NCBI GenBank assembly: GCA_045803545.1
Contig: JBJMOW010000002.1
Coordinates: forward strand, 128,001-192,000
Direction: 5' to 3'
DNA: 64,000 bases
From: Gemmatimonadaceae bacterium
Lineage (GTDB): Bacteria; Gemmatimonadota; Gemmatimonadetes; Gemmatimonadales; Gemmatimonadaceae
The first letter of the stretch is position 1. Each line of letters starts with the position of its first letter. The position numbers and the translations under genes are program-made. The notes beneath the pieces were generated by a model that saw only the letters and a list, made by a program, of their open reading frames with translations, ran no database searches and was not told the DNA's origin. Positions 1 through 10,594 of the stretch are shown piece after piece.

Positions 1-257
1 GCGCGACTTTCGTTGCGGTGGGCTTCCTCGGAGGTATTGCCGCTGGCTCGCTGATGTGGAGCAGAATGCAGCGCAATTGCCGCCGCAATCTGTTCTCGCG
101 CAACCCGCTGTTCAGGGTTGCTGCACTCGGCTACCTGCGCGGCCGACCGACCGTGAACACCGCTCAGCTGCTGCGCGAGTACGTCGCGTGGGAGCCGCGC
201 CAGATTCTCAAGCACCGGGGCGCGCGGATGCTGAGACACCTCGAAGCAACGCTGTGA
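1..257 (+). CDS. Small hypothetical membrane-anchored protein, 5'-truncated by the window edge
   Basis: Frame is open back to the window start (ATFVAVGFLGGIAAG..., hydrophobic) and ends 10 bp before mglB. Confidence 0.6.
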   Translation, partial: ATFVAVGFLGGIAAGSLMWSRMQRNCRRNLFSRNPLFRVAALGYLRGRPTVNTAQLLREYVAWEPRQILKHRGARMLRHLEATL

Positions 258-267
258 CCGGAGCAAG

Positions 268-756
268 ATGACCGCCGGCACGGCCAGCTGGTCGTTCACT
301 CAGGACGACTTTACCGCTATAACTGAATCCCTGAAACGCTTCCTCGGTGAGACGAAGTCCCTTTGTGCGTTGCTCGTGGATCGCTCCGGACAGCTCGTCA
401 CCACCGTCGGTGACGCGCCTGGACTGGATACCACCGCGTTCGCGACGCTGACGGCGGCTGACTATAGCGCCAATGATCAGCTGGCGAAGCTCGTTGGCGA
501 AACAGATTTCTCGAGCCTGTTTCATCAGGGCGAAAAGTCCATTTACGTTGCCGACATCGCGCGGCGACTGCTGCTCGTTACAATCTTCGATTCCCGCACT
601 ACCGTCGGCCTCGTCCGTTTGCGCATGAAGAACGAGGTTGAGGAGTTGACGCAGTTGATCGATCGTGTATTCTCACGCGGTCGCAACGGCGACGCCTCGG
701 ATCAGCACGTGCTCCGCGGCGCGGATGAAGAAATCGACAAACTCTTCAACTGGTGA
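268..756 (+). CDS. mglB: Roadblock/LC7 domain protein, MglB-type GTPase-activating protein
   Basis: ALLVDRSGQLV, FATLTAADYSANDQLAKLVGE..FSSLFHQGEK, TTVGLVRLR and C-terminal EEIDKLF resemble Myxococcus MglB; directly upstream of mglA. Confidence 0.9.
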   Translation: MTAGTASWSFTQDDFTAITESLKRFLGETKSLCALLVDRSGQLVTTVGDAPGLDTTAFATLTAADYSANDQLAKLVGETDFSSLFHQGEKSIYVADIARRLLLVTIFDSRTTVGLVRLRMKNEVEELTQLIDRVFSRGRNGDASDQHVLRGADEEIDKLFNW

Positions 757-770
757 GGAAGAGCTAGACC

Positions 771-1448
771 GTGTCGATGATCAATTACGCCTCGCGCGAG
801 ATCAATTGTAAGATCGTTTACTATGGTCCCGGGCTTGGCGGCAAAACGACAAACCTCGAGCACGTCTACGGGAAGGTTAAGCCGGAGACGCGCGGAAAAC
901 TCATATCGCTCGCGACCGAAACCGAGCGCACCCTCTTCTTCGATTTCCTGCCCGTAGACCTCGGCACGATTCGCGGCTTCAAGACGCGCTTCCACCTCTA
1001 CACCGTGCCCGGACAGGTCTACTACAACGCCAGCCGCAAGCTGATTCTGAAGAACGTCGATGGCATCGTCTTCGTCGGAGATTCTCAAGCCGAGCGCATG
1101 GAAGCCAATCTCGAGTCCATGCAGAATCTCTACGACAACATGGCCGAGTACGGTTACGACCTTACGCAGATGCCGTTCGTGATTCAGTACAACAAGCGCG
1201 ATCTGCCCAATGCCGCGCCAATCGAGGATTTGCAAGCCTCACTCAACCCGGGTTGGGAAGTCGAGGATGCAGCGAAGCATCGCGTGCAGCCCGATCCCTA
1301 TCACGCCGGTCAGAACCTGGTCGAGCAGCTTCCCGGCGGAGAGTGGGTCGAACGCGCGCCGTATTTCGAGGCGATCGCAGTGCAGGGCGACGGCGTGTTC
1401 GACACGCTCAAGGCAGTGAGCAAGCTGGTGTTGAAGGCGCTCGCCTAG
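771..1448 (+). CDS. mglA: Small Ras-like GTPase MglA
   Basis: [21 protein letters not shown] (G1), [25 protein letters not shown] (G4), [14 protein letters not shown]. Confidence 0.95.
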   Translation: MSMINYASREINCKIVYYGPGLGGKTTNLEHVYGKVKPETRGKLISLATETERTLFFDFLPVDLGTIRGFKTRFHLYTVPGQVYYNASRKLILKNVDGIVFVGDSQAERMEANLESMQNLYDNMAEYGYDLTQMPFVIQYNKRDLPNAAPIEDLQASLNPGWEVEDAAKHRVQPDPYHAGQNLVEQLPGGEWVERAPYFEAIAVQGDGVFDTLKAVSKLVLKALA

Positions 1449-1466
1449 AGACGTCGGAGGCCGCGG

Positions 1467-2144
1467 GTGAATCTGAATCTCCCGAACACGATCACCGCCG
1501 GCCGGATTCTCGCGGCGCCATTCATCGCCGCACTGCCGTTCATCGCCTCGCCGACCGCGCGCGGTGTTGGCTTCCTGCTTTACGTGATCGCTGCAGTTAC
1601 CGACTACTACGACGGCTGGCTCGCGCGCACCAGGAATCTGATCACCGATCTCGGCCGCCTGCTCGATCCACTCGCCGACAAGTTGCTTTTGTTCGCGACC
1701 TTGATTCCGATGTTCGTGTTGATGGCGCCGCCGATGGATCCGCTCGTTCCGACACGCGCTGAGAGTGTCGATGCGGCGCGACTTCAGTTTCAAACGCCGT
1801 GGGGCAGCGTTGGCCTGCCGTGGTGGATAGCAGCGATCGTCATCGGCCGCGAGATCTTCATGACGATTTTTCGCCAGATCGCCGCGCGTCGTGGCGTGGT
1901 CATTTCCGCGATTGGGCCGGCCAAGTGGAAGACCGCGTTTCAATCGCTGTGGGTCGGATCGGCCTACTTCTGGTTTTTCGCGTCGACGACGGCGATTTCG
2001 GCTGGATGGAGTAGCGCGCCATGGCGGGCATTCGCTTACTTCAATGGCATCGTCGGTACACTGGCGATGATCGCCTCCGTTTTTCTGACGCTCTACTCAC
2101 TTGCGCTTTATCTGAAGCGCTACTCAGGAGCACTCGGCGCTTGA
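1467..2144 (+). CDS. pgsA: CDP-alcohol phosphatidyltransferase (phosphatidylglycerophosphate synthase)
   Basis: NLPNTIT start; DYYDGWLAR..ITDLGRLLDPLADK signature; multiple TM segments. Confidence 0.85.
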   Translation: MNLNLPNTITAGRILAAPFIAALPFIASPTARGVGFLLYVIAAVTDYYDGWLARTRNLITDLGRLLDPLADKLLLFATLIPMFVLMAPPMDPLVPTRAESVDAARLQFQTPWGSVGLPWWIAAIVIGREIFMTIFRQIAARRGVVISAIGPAKWKTAFQSLWVGSAYFWFFASTTAISAGWSSAPWRAFAYFNGIVGTLAMIASVFLTLYSLALYLKRYSGALGA

Positions 2145-3415
2145 TCGCTCAGCGGGTCGAGCTCATCACCATTGGTGACGAGCTCCTCCTTGGCTTTACC
2201 ATCGACACCAATTCAGCGCACATCTCGCGCGCGCTGGCAGCCGCGGGCGTAGAAGTCGTGCGCCGCACTACGGTGAGCGACGAGGCAGATGCAATTGCGC
2301 AGGCAGTGCGCGAGGCGCTCGATCGGACAGGCGCTGTAATAACTACCGGCGGACTCGGCCCGACCAGCGACGATCTCACCAAGCCCGCGATCGCGCGAAT
2401 CTTCGGTCGCGAGATGCGAATGGACGAAGAGATCGCCTCAGCGCTTGAAAAGAGATGGCGCGCGCGCTTCCCCAACGGCACATTCCCGAAAACCAATCGT
2501 AGTCAGGCAGAGGTCCCTGAAGGAGCGCGGATCCTCACCAATCGGCACGGCAGCGCCCCGGGAATCTGGTTGGAAGACGACCGCGGCCGCTGGGTGGCGA
2601 TGATGCCCGGCGTTCCGCGCGAGATGCGCGGAATGTTAGCCGAGGAGCTGCTACCCGCGATCGCTTCGCGCTTCCCGGATTCGAAAAGCGCGGTGATTTC
2701 CGGAACGGTCCGCACAACGGGATTCGCCGAATCCGCGATCGCCGACGTTCTAGGGCCTGATTTTCTGGCGCGACTTGGTGACGACTTCAAGACGCTTTCA
2801 CTGGCTTATTTGCCGGGCGTCGCTGGCGTTGACTTGCGTGTGACGGCGCGTGGAATGTCGAAGGAGCGTGCGAAGAGATTGGTGACCGAGGCTGTATTGA
2901 AACTGCGTGAGCGGGTTTCGGCGTACGTCTACGGAGAGGCCGAGGATGATCTGGCTTCGGTCGTGATTGGGCGTTGTCGCGACCTCGGGCTCAAGCTGGC
3001 TGTTGCGGAGAGCTGCACAGGCGGGCTGCTTGGGGAGCGGATCACCAATATTCCCGGATCGAGTGACATTTTCGTCGGCGGCGTGATCGCATACGACAAC
3101 GCGGTAAAGCTGAGTCTGCTCGATGTCAGCCCGAAGACGCTCGAGCTTACCGGCGCGGTCAGCGAAGAGGTTGCGCTCGAGATGGCGGCAGGAGTAAGAC
3201 GGAGATTGAAGGCAGACATCGGCATTTCGGTGACAGGAATTGCCGGTCCGGCCGGCGGAACTATGGAAAAACCAGTCGGACTAGTGTGGATCGCCGTTGA
3301 TGCGGGGGAGCCAAAGGCACGGCGTTTTCATCTGATTGGTGACCGAGCGGAGATCAGACAACGCGCTGCGCAGGCCGCACTGGAGATGGTGCGACGGGCG
3401 CTCGCAACGGGTTAA
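2141..3415 (+). CDS. cinA: Competence/damage-inducible protein A (MoCF-binding domain plus NMN deamidase)
   Basis: ITIGDELLLG..DTNS, TTGGLGPTSDDLT, AVAESCTGG, GAVSEEVA, TGIAGPAGG; TTG start overlaps the pgsA stop (TTGA). Confidence 0.93.
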   Translation: MIAQRVELITIGDELLLGFTIDTNSAHISRALAAAGVEVVRRTTVSDEADAIAQAVREALDRTGAVITTGGLGPTSDDLTKPAIARIFGREMRMDEEIASALEKRWRARFPNGTFPKTNRSQAEVPEGARILTNRHGSAPGIWLEDDRGRWVAMMPGVPREMRGMLAEELLPAIASRFPDSKSAVISGTVRTTGFAESAIADVLGPDFLARLGDDFKTLSLAYLPGVAGVDLRVTARGMSKERAKRLVTEAVLKLRERVSAYVYGEAEDDLASVVIGRCRDLGLKLAVAESCTGGLLGERITNIPGSSDIFVGGVIAYDNAVKLSLLDVSPKTLELTGAVSEEVALEMAAGVRRRLKADIGISVTGIAGPAGGTMEKPVGLVWIAVDAGEPKARRFHLIGDRAEIRQRAAQAALEMVRRALATG

Positions 3416-3424
3416 GTTACGCGC

Positions 3425-4081
3425 ATGAAACACTCGAAGAAGAAAGGCCATCATTCCGAATTGCCGGAGCAGGACGCGATGGGATCAGCAGATGATTTCG
3501 CGCGCGGCGGATCGAATCAGGGCGACGGTCAAAGCGGTGAGCCGTCCTTCGACTCTGGCGCCCCGGCGGGGACTCAGAATGCGCCCGCCGACGCCGCCAC
3601 GACAGATGTCAACTCGAATCAAAGCGTGTCAGGCGGCACGCAGTCAGACCTCGCAGGAGAGCGGGATAGATACCTCCGGCTCGCAGCGGAATACGATAAC
3701 TACCGCAAGCGCTCGGCGAAGGAGCGCCAGGACGCGGGCGCGCGCGCTCAGGGCGACCTGGTGCGTCAGCTTGTCGAGGCTCTGGATGATGTCGCGCGCT
3801 TCGCGCACATCGATCCGTCCACCACGGATGCGGCGACCGTTGTGCAGGGTGTCGACATGGTCGAGAAGAAGCTGTTGAAAGCGCTAGGCAATGCCGGACT
3901 CGAGATCATTAATCCGGTCGGCGAGACTTTCGACCCCGCTTTGCACGAAGCAGTCGCCACCGAGCCCACATCGGCGAAAGAGGATGACCACGTCGTATCG
4001 CGCGTGTACCAGCCAGGCTACGTCTTCAAGTCGCAGCTACTGCGGCCGGCGCGTGTGGTGGTCAAGCAGTATCAGGGCTGA
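3425..4081 (+). CDS. grpE: Nucleotide exchange factor GrpE
   Basis: LRLAAEYDNYRKR, FDPALHEAV, GYVFKSQLLRPARVVV. Confidence 0.95.
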   Translation: MKHSKKKGHHSELPEQDAMGSADDFARGGSNQGDGQSGEPSFDSGAPAGTQNAPADAATTDVNSNQSVSGGTQSDLAGERDRYLRLAAEYDNYRKRSAKERQDAGARAQGDLVRQLVEALDDVARFAHIDPSTTDAATVVQGVDMVEKKLLKALGNAGLEIINPVGETFDPALHEAVATEPTSAKEDDHVVSRVYQPGYVFKSQLLRPARVVVKQYQG

Positions 4082-4100
4082 ATCAAGCATCACACCCTAG

Positions 4101-5252
4101 ATGCCCCAGACGAAAGACTTCTACGCCGTACTTGGCGTGCCGTCCTCTGCCTCCCAGGACGAAATCAAGAAGGCGTATCGCAAGCTCGCCAAGAAATACC
4201 ACCCCGACGCCAACGCCAACGATCCCAAGGCGGGCGAGCGGTTCAAGGAGATTTCAGAGGCGAACAACGTTCTCAACGATCCGGAGAAGCGCAAACAATA
4301 CGACGAGATGCGCCGCCTCGGTGCGTTTGACGGCGGGCTCGGCGGCTTCGGCGGCGGATTCGGATCCCGCGCACGCGGCGGTGCAGGCGGGGCGCGCGGA
4401 GGCGCCGGTGGCGCCCAGCAGAACATCAACTTCCAGGATTTCGACATCGGCGGACTGGGAGGGCTCGGAGATCTTTTCAGCTCGATGTTCGGCGGCGAAA
4501 CCCGTCAGAACGCGCGACAGCAGGCGCCGGAGATGGGACAGACGGTCGAAGTCTCGCTCGATATCCCCTTCCGCACCGCTGCGCGCGGCGGAAAGGTGCC
4601 GATCGATCTCGAGGTGAGCGAAGAGTGCGGTACCTGTCATGGAACGGGTGCTGCTCCCGGTGCGTCGCTCAAGATTTGTCCGAATTGCAGTGGTCGCGGG
4701 GTGATCTCCTTCGGCCAGGGAGGCTTCGCCGTAAATCGTCCTTGCCCTGTCTGCCTCGGCCGAGGCCAGGTGCCAACCGAGCCATGCCCGACCTGTCACG
4801 GGTCCGGTGAAGTGCGTGCTCGAAAAAAGGTGCTGGTGAACGTGCCGACGGGAGTCGACACGGGTTCCAAGATCCGCCTCAAGGGGCAAGGCGGCAAAGG
4901 TACGCGCAACGGCCCGCCCGGTGACCTCATCATCACGTTCAATGTGCTCACCGACAAGTTCTACAAACGCGACGGGCTCGATGTGATCGCTGCGGTGCCG
5001 CTCAACATCGCTCAGGCGACGCTGGGAACGAAGATCAGCGTGCGCACGCTCGATGGAAAAAAAGTCGCGATCAGGATTCCGCCGGGCACGCCATCCGGTA
5101 AACGGTTTCGTGTGCGGGGCCAGGGCATTCAGAAGGGCGAGAAGAAAGGCGATCTGATTGTGGAAGTGGCGATTCAGGTCCCTGAGAAGCTTTCAGAAGA
5201 GCAGGAAAAGATGATGAAGGAATTTGCCGAATCGGGCGGCTTGAAATACTGA
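4101..5252 (+). CDS. dnaJ: Molecular chaperone DnaJ
   Basis: J domain with HPD, G/F-rich region, four CxxCxGxG repeats. Confidence 0.96.
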   Translation: MPQTKDFYAVLGVPSSASQDEIKKAYRKLAKKYHPDANANDPKAGERFKEISEANNVLNDPEKRKQYDEMRRLGAFDGGLGGFGGGFGSRARGGAGGARGGAGGAQQNINFQDFDIGGLGGLGDLFSSMFGGETRQNARQQAPEMGQTVEVSLDIPFRTAARGGKVPIDLEVSEECGTCHGTGAAPGASLKICPNCSGRGVISFGQGGFAVNRPCPVCLGRGQVPTEPCPTCHGSGEVRARKKVLVNVPTGVDTGSKIRLKGQGGKGTRNGPPGDLIITFNVLTDKFYKRDGLDVIAAVPLNIAQATLGTKISVRTLDGKKVAIRIPPGTPSGKRFRVRGQGIQKGEKKGDLIVEVAIQVPEKLSEEQEKMMKEFAESGGLKY

Positions 5253-5268
5253 TTAGCGAGAGAGCGCG

Positions 5269-5925
5269 ATGAAGATCGGAATACTCGGCACAGGAATCGT
5301 CGGCAAGACGCTGGGGACCGCACTGGCCAAGCGCGGGCACGACGTGCGAATGGGCTCGCGGAAGTCCGGCGGTGAGAAGGCGAGAGCCTGGGTGAAGGAT
5401 TCCGCTGGAAAAACCTCGGAGGGATCCTTCGCCGACGCGGCCGGATTTGGAGAGATCGTCTTCAACTGTACGGCGGGACAGGCCTCGCTCGATGCGCTGC
5501 GTCAGGCCGGCGCTCTCAATCTGCGCGGGAAGATCATCATCGATGTCTCGAACCCGTTGGACTTCTCGAAAGGAATGCCGCCGACGCTGTCAGTCTGCAA
5601 CAATGACTCGCTCGGCGAGCAGATTCAGAAGGCGTTCCCCGATTCGCACGTCGTGAAGACTCTCAACACGGTGACGACGGCGGTAATGGTAGATCCTTCG
5701 ATCATCCCCGGCACGCACACGATGTTCATCTCAGGTAACGATGCCAATGCAAAGAACGCGGTGACCAAACTCCTCAAGGAGGAGTTCGGCTGGAAGGAAA
5801 TTCTCGATCTCGGCGACCTGAGCGCCGCGCGAGCGCAGGAGATGTATCTACCGCTATGGCTGCGGCTATACATGAAGCTGCAGACCGCGAACGTGAACAT
5901 CCATGTCGTTCACGCCCGGACCTGA
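5269..5925 (+). CDS. NADPH-dependent F420 reductase-like oxidoreductase (F420_oxidored family)
   Basis: MKIGILGTGIVG Rossmann motif, IIDVSNP, SLGEQIQ, VVKTLNT. Confidence 0.8.
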   Translation: MKIGILGTGIVGKTLGTALAKRGHDVRMGSRKSGGEKARAWVKDSAGKTSEGSFADAAGFGEIVFNCTAGQASLDALRQAGALNLRGKIIIDVSNPLDFSKGMPPTLSVCNNDSLGEQIQKAFPDSHVVKTLNTVTTAVMVDPSIIPGTHTMFISGNDANAKNAVTKLLKEEFGWKEILDLGDLSAARAQEMYLPLWLRLYMKLQTANVNIHVVHART

Positions 5926-5954
5926 TCGATAGTTATGCCGCCCTGCGTGAGGAG

Positions 5955-6695
5955 CTAAAGCCGTCGGATCCAGATATTCCGATAGCGTATCGGATTGCCG
6001 TGATCCTGCAGCGCCAATGACTCCTGTGGGCCGTGAGCGATATACACCGGCGCACGGTCGTGGTACGTGAGCCCGTACACCTCGACGTTGTTCTGAATCA
6101 GAACTCCGTTGTGCAGGACAGTGAACCGCGCGCGATCCACTACTTTCCCCATCTCGTCGAACCGTGGCGCGTGAAAGATGATGTCATACGCCTGCCACTC
6201 ACCCGGCTTCCGCGATGCATTTACGAGCGGCGGGTATTGTTTGTAGACCGAGCCCGCCTGTCCGTGATAATAGGTCTCGTTCTGATACGAGTCGAGCACC
6301 TGTACTTCGTATCGTCCCATCAGGAACACTCCGCTGTTCCCACGTTCCTGACCTTCGCCCTTCACCACCGATGGCGTCGCCCATTCGATGTGCAGCTGCA
6401 CATCGCCAAACTTCTCGACGCTGGCGATCCCCCCGGTGCCCGGGTTCACTTCCATGTATCCGTCGCGAACGATCCATTTGGCCGGACCGCCGTTATCGGT
6501 TTGCCAATGAGACAGATCCTTGCCATTGAACAACACGATCGCGTCAGACGGCGGATCAGCGTTGGTGAGTCCGGGCGTAACAATAGCTGGCGCTGTCTTC
6601 GGCGCCGGATATGGCGGCGACGCCTCAGGAGCCTGCGCGGCCGCCGAGGTGACGACCGCGGCAGCCGCGACGAGTGCTAAGCAGTAGCTCACCAT
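5955..6695 (-). CDS. Secreted DUF1080 (3-keto-disaccharide hydrolase-like) protein
   Basis: Signal peptide; [50 protein letters not shown]; start overlaps the GH20 gene stop. Confidence 0.85.
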   Translation of the reverse strand: MVSYCLALVAAAAVVTSAAAQAPEASPPYPAPKTAPAIVTPGLTNADPPSDAIVLFNGKDLSHWQTDNGGPAKWIVRDGYMEVNPGTGGIASVEKFGDVQLHIEWATPSVVKGEGQERGNSGVFLMGRYEVQVLDSYQNETYYHGQAGSVYKQYPPLVNASRKPGEWQAYDIIFHAPRFDEMGKVVDRARFTVLHNGVLIQNNVEVYGLTYHDRAPVYIAHGPQESLALQDHGNPIRYRNIWIRRL

Positions 6696-8266
6696 GGCAG
6701 CTGCGGCGAACGGAAGTAATTCCACCCGAGATAGTGCCATCGCGGCTCGTGTGTGACGATGCGGGAGCGGAAGCTCTCCCAGCTGCGTCCGGCTTGAGGG
6801 CTCCATCCAATTTCCGCAACCGCAGGCATTCGTGGGAGCGCGAGGTAGAACACCGCGCCGATGTTCCGAAGCGTTTCGCTCCAGATTGGGGCTTCGACGC
6901 CAAGGATATTTTGCTCGCCCACGCCCTTGAGATACATCGCCGGGTCCCAGTCGTATGCGTCGCGCTCTTCTATGAATGCGGCCCAGTTCAAACCTAGCTC
7001 GGTTGCCGGAGTGTACTTCATGTCGAGGTAGATCTTGTTGGACGGCGACATGATCAACTTCGCTCCCTGTGCAACGGCAGCAGTCGCTGAATCGCTCTTC
7101 CACTGCTGGGCGATCGTAGTCGGCAGCAGGTGCGCTTTGGTGATTTCCTCCCACCCAATCATCTTCTTGCCGTACTTGTTGACGATCGCCTGAGCGCGCT
7201 CGACAAACTTCACATACTGCTGGTTGGTCAGCGTTTGGACTTCGTCGCCGCCGATGTGGAAGTACGGTCCGGGAGTCATCGCGCTGATCTCGCGGACGAT
7301 GTCGTCGACGTAAGCGTAGGTCTCTTCCTTGTCGACGCAGAGACTGCTCCAGCCCACATCGGTTCCCGTGTAGAGACCAGTCTGGCGCGCGCTACATCCG
7401 TACTCGGGATATCCAGTCAGACCGGCGTTGCTGTGCGCCGGCATGTCGATTTCCGGAACGATGGTGATGTAACGGGCGGCAGCGTAGCGGATGATGTTCT
7501 GGTAATCCTGCTGGGTGAAAAAGCCTCCGGGACCGCCGCCAACCTGCGTCAGACTTCCGACCTCGGTGAGCTTCGGCCGCGAGTTTAGCTGAATGCGCCA
7601 GCCCTGGTCATCAGCGAGGTGGAGGTGCAGGACATTCATTTTGTACATTGCCAGCAGGTCGATGTACTGCTCAACCTCGCGTGGAGTGAAAAAGTGTCGC
7701 GCAACGTCCAGCATGGCGCCCCGCCATCCGAATCGCGGATAGTCGGTGATGGTGAGCGCAGGAATCGACCACTCGTTTCGATCGACTCCCATCTCGGATT
7801 CGATCTCCACCGGCAGCAGCTGTCTGATCGTCTGGGTAGCGTAGAAAAGCCCGGCCGGACTGTTCGCCGCCACTCGCACCGAATCAGGCGTGACCGTTAA
7901 CTGATAACCCTCATTACCCAGCGTCGCGTTGCCGGAATTCAGTCGCAACACGATTGCGCCGGGAGTCGCGGGCCCGCTCACCACGGTTACGGGATAGCCG
8001 GTTGGCGGACGAATCAATGCTGCCAGCTGCTCTCCGATTGCCGTCACCTCTGCACTTCCGGCGTCGACGACGATATTGGAGGTCCGCTGCAGCGTGAATG
8101 AGGCGCCTGGGGTGTACGCCATCGATACGGGCGCTGGAACCAGTTGCGGCGTCCGCGTGACTGGACCTGGGGCGGTAGCGGGCTTTGTAGCGCATGCTGC
8201 GCTCACCATTGCACCTGCTACTACAACGACACGCAGTTGGTTCTGCAGCAGTCCAATCAGACGCAT
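6689..8266 (-). CDS. GH20 beta-N-acetylhexosaminidase, probable lipoprotein
   Basis: [34 protein letters not shown], catalytic HIGGDE; lipobox-like SAAC. Confidence 0.92.
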   Translation of the reverse strand: MRLIGLLQNQLRVVVVAGAMVSAACATKPATAPGPVTRTPQLVPAPVSMAYTPGASFTLQRTSNIVVDAGSAEVTAIGEQLAALIRPPTGYPVTVVSGPATPGAIVLRLNSGNATLGNEGYQLTVTPDSVRVAANSPAGLFYATQTIRQLLPVEIESEMGVDRNEWSIPALTITDYPRFGWRGAMLDVARHFFTPREVEQYIDLLAMYKMNVLHLHLADDQGWRIQLNSRPKLTEVGSLTQVGGGPGGFFTQQDYQNIIRYAAARYITIVPEIDMPAHSNAGLTGYPEYGCSARQTGLYTGTDVGWSSLCVDKEETYAYVDDIVREISAMTPGPYFHIGGDEVQTLTNQQYVKFVERAQAIVNKYGKKMIGWEEITKAHLLPTTIAQQWKSDSATAAVAQGAKLIMSPSNKIYLDMKYTPATELGLNWAAFIEERDAYDWDPAMYLKGVGEQNILGVEAPIWSETLRNIGAVFYLALPRMPAVAEIGWSPQAGRSWESFRSRIVTHEPRWHYLGWNYFRSPQLPW

Positions 8267-8316
8267 GACGCCGGGCCTCCCTCTATAAAGGTCCGCTCGA
8301 CGCAGATGCCGAGCGT

Positions 8317-9420
8317 TTATGCCGCTAATACCGGAAGTGCAGTGCGACGCGCACGGGAGGACTCGATAAAACCACCGCCGAGAACGCGCTCGCCGTGATA
8401 GAGTACCACGGACTGACCCGGTGTGATAGACGCCACCGGCTCGTCGAGCGCGATCTCCAGTTCGTCGCCACCGATGCGGACGATCTCCGCCCGCGCGAGG
8501 CTGGCGCGATGTCGCACCCGAACGCTGATCTGGGTGCCGACAGATGGTCGGTCGCCCAGCCAGTTGATCTCGCGCGCAATGAGTCCGCTGCCTAGAAGCT
8601 CGTCGCGGGTGCCGATAACGACGGCCCGCGTTTCCGGCCTGATGGCGATGACGTACATCGGATGCGGGAAACCGCCGGGTACACCGCGTCGCTGGCCGAC
8701 GGTGTAACGCGCGAAACCGCGGTGCTCGCCGATGACAGCTCCATTCGAGATCATGATCGGACCAGGCTGCAACGCGGGAGCATCGGCCGGCAGACGCGAT
8801 TCGAGAATGCGCATGTAATCGCCGTCGGGAACGAAGCAGATTTCCTGGCTCTCTGCCTTGTCAGCGATTACCTCGAGGCCCATTGCATGTGCCAGCGCTC
8901 TGGTGCGCGGCTTGTCGAGGTCTCCGACAGGCAGCAGCATCCTCTGTAGCACTGCGTGATCGATTCCCCACAGGAAGTAGGTCTGGTCCTTATTGGCGTC
9001 GACGCCGCGATGCAGCTCGCCATTCACGATCCGCGCGTAGTGACCGGTCGCTATCCACCGCGCGTCAATGCCGTCCGCCTTCTTCAGAAAGTCGCGGAAC
9101 TTGGTGAAGGTGTTGCAGCGAACGCAGGGAATTGGCGTCCGGCCACGGGCGTATTCTTCGACGAAGTTGTCGACTACGTCGTGACTGAATCGGCTTTCCA
9201 GGTTCAAGACGTAGTGCGGAATGCCGAGCTGTTCGCAAACCCGTCTCGCATCGTTGACCGAATCGAGTGAGCAACACGGACGATCGGGCACGTCGGTGCC
9301 ATGACAGAATAGCTTCATGGTCGCGCCGATGACGTCATAGCCCTGCTCGACGAGCATCGCGGCGGCAACGGACGAATCGACGCCGCCGGACATCGCGACG
9401 AGAACTCTTTCCTTTGACAT
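8317..9420 (-). CDS. mnmA: tRNA 2-thiouridine(34) synthase MnmA
   Basis: VAMSGGVDSSV, GRTPIPCVRCN, IATGHYAR, KDQTYFL, ESQEICF, YTVGQRRG, TPGQSVV; ATG at 9420 overlaps the iscS stop. Confidence 0.96.
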   Translation of the reverse strand: MSKERVLVAMSGGVDSSVAAAMLVEQGYDVIGATMKLFCHGTDVPDRPCCSLDSVNDARRVCEQLGIPHYVLNLESRFSHDVVDNFVEEYARGRTPIPCVRCNTFTKFRDFLKKADGIDARWIATGHYARIVNGELHRGVDANKDQTYFLWGIDHAVLQRMLLPVGDLDKPRTRALAHAMGLEVIADKAESQEICFVPDGDYMRILESRLPADAPALQPGPIMISNGAVIGEHRGFARYTVGQRRGVPGGFPHPMYVIAIRPETRAVVIGTRDELLGSGLIAREINWLGDRPSVGTQISVRVRHRASLARAEIVRIGGDELEIALDEPVASITPGQSVVLYHGERVLGGGFIESSRARRTALPVLAA

Positions 9421-10580
9421 CACTGCGCCGTTGTCAGCTGGCGGGCCTTGGCCACCAGAGAGGGGAACACATCGATCACTCGATCGATGCACTCGTCGGT
9501 CGTAAGCATGCCGAGGCTCATGCGAACGGCAGCACTCGCCAGATCGGGCCGTACTCCGATTGCGCTGAGGACGTGAGATGGGTCGATGCTTCCGCTCTGA
9601 CACGCCGACCCGCCGGAGCATGCAATGCCGCGGAGATCGAGAGCCATCAACAACGATTCGCTGTCGGTGCCTGGAACCGAAACGTTGGTGATGTGGGGCG
9701 CGCGTTCAGCTCCGCGGCCGTGAATGACGGCGTCGGGCACCTTCTCGACGATGCCCGCTTCGAGCTTGTCACGCAGTTTCTGCAGCCGTGCGCAATGGGC
9801 TTCACATTCCGCGAGCGTTAGCTCGGCGGCGCGCGCCAGACCCACAGCTGCGGCCACGTTCTCCGTGCCGGGCCGGCGGCCGCGGTTCTGGGTGCCGCCG
9901 TGCAACAGCGGCTCGAGCTCGGTACCGCGCCGAATGAACAGGGCGCCGATTCCCTTTGGTGCACCGAACTTGTGGCCCGAGATCGTCAGCAAATCGAATA
10001 GCTGCTTCTGTGCGTCGATCTGCACTTTGCCGAATGCCTGTACAGCGTCGGTGTGAAAGATCGCGCCACGCTGCTTGGCCTTCGCCGCGAACTCCGGTAT
10101 CGGCTGAATGGTTCCGATCTCGTTGTTGACCCACATCATTGAGCAAACTGCGACCTGCTCGTCGACGAGCTTGTCGAATGATCCGCGGTCGACAACTCCA
10201 TCCTTTGTCATCGCGAGCAGACGCTCTTCGGCGCCTTCATCCGCTGCCTGATGAACGGCTCCGAGTACTGCCTTGTGCTCGATTGGGGTGGACGCGATGG
10301 CGTGGCGACCCCTCGCCTTCAGCGCGCGCCAGGCGCCGAGGATGGCGAAGTTGTCAGCCTCGGTGCCGCCGGAGGTGAAGCAGATCTCGTCCGGACGTGC
10401 TCCTAGACATCGGCCGACTCGCTCCCGGGCCTCGTCCAGCGCTGCGCGCGCTTCGCGTCCCCACCGATGGGTGCTGGACGGATTGCCGAAACGTGGGCCG
10501 TAGAACGGCTTCATCGCCTCGAAAACCTCATCGCGCACCGGGGTGGTGGCAGCATGGTCGAGATAAACCGGGTTTGGCAT
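9420..10580 (-). CDS. iscS: Cysteine desulfurase (IscS/NifS class)
   Basis: YLDHAATTP, FTSGGTEAD, HTDAVQ, SGHKFGAPKG (PLP lysine), SGGSACQS; adjacent to mnmA. Confidence 0.93.
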   Translation of the reverse strand: MPNPVYLDHAATTPVRDEVFEAMKPFYGPRFGNPSSTHRWGREARAALDEARERVGRCLGARPDEICFTSGGTEADNFAILGAWRALKARGRHAIASTPIEHKAVLGAVHQAADEGAEERLLAMTKDGVVDRGSFDKLVDEQVAVCSMMWVNNEIGTIQPIPEFAAKAKQRGAIFHTDAVQAFGKVQIDAQKQLFDLLTISGHKFGAPKGIGALFIRRGTELEPLLHGGTQNRGRRPGTENVAAAVGLARAAELTLAECEAHCARLQKLRDKLEAGIVEKVPDAVIHGRGAERAPHITNVSVPGTDSESLLMALDLRGIACSGGSACQSGSIDPSHVLSAIGVRPDLASAAVRMSLGMLTTDECIDRVIDVFPSLVAKARQLTTAQ

Positions 10581-10594
10581 AGAGGAAATTTAGC

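Noticed and set aside
2021..2140. Long N-terminal extensions in the ORF track (cinA, mnmA, permease B1, tolC, comM, ctpA, lolA, hsp20)
   Set aside because: Family N-termini, RBS positions and stop-start overlaps support later starts
3361..3424. CIRCE or other heat-shock operator before grpE-dnaJ; absence of dnaK and recA nearby
   Set aside because: No TTAGCACTC-N9-GAGTGCTAA seen; split chaperone and cinA-recA loci are common
4330..4415. GGC-rich low-complexity tract
   Set aside because: Normal G/F-rich region of DnaJ
5955..7154. 399-aa version of the DUF1080 ORF overlapping the GH20 gene
   Set aside because: The signal peptide begins at 6695; the extension is an alternate frame of the GH20 gene
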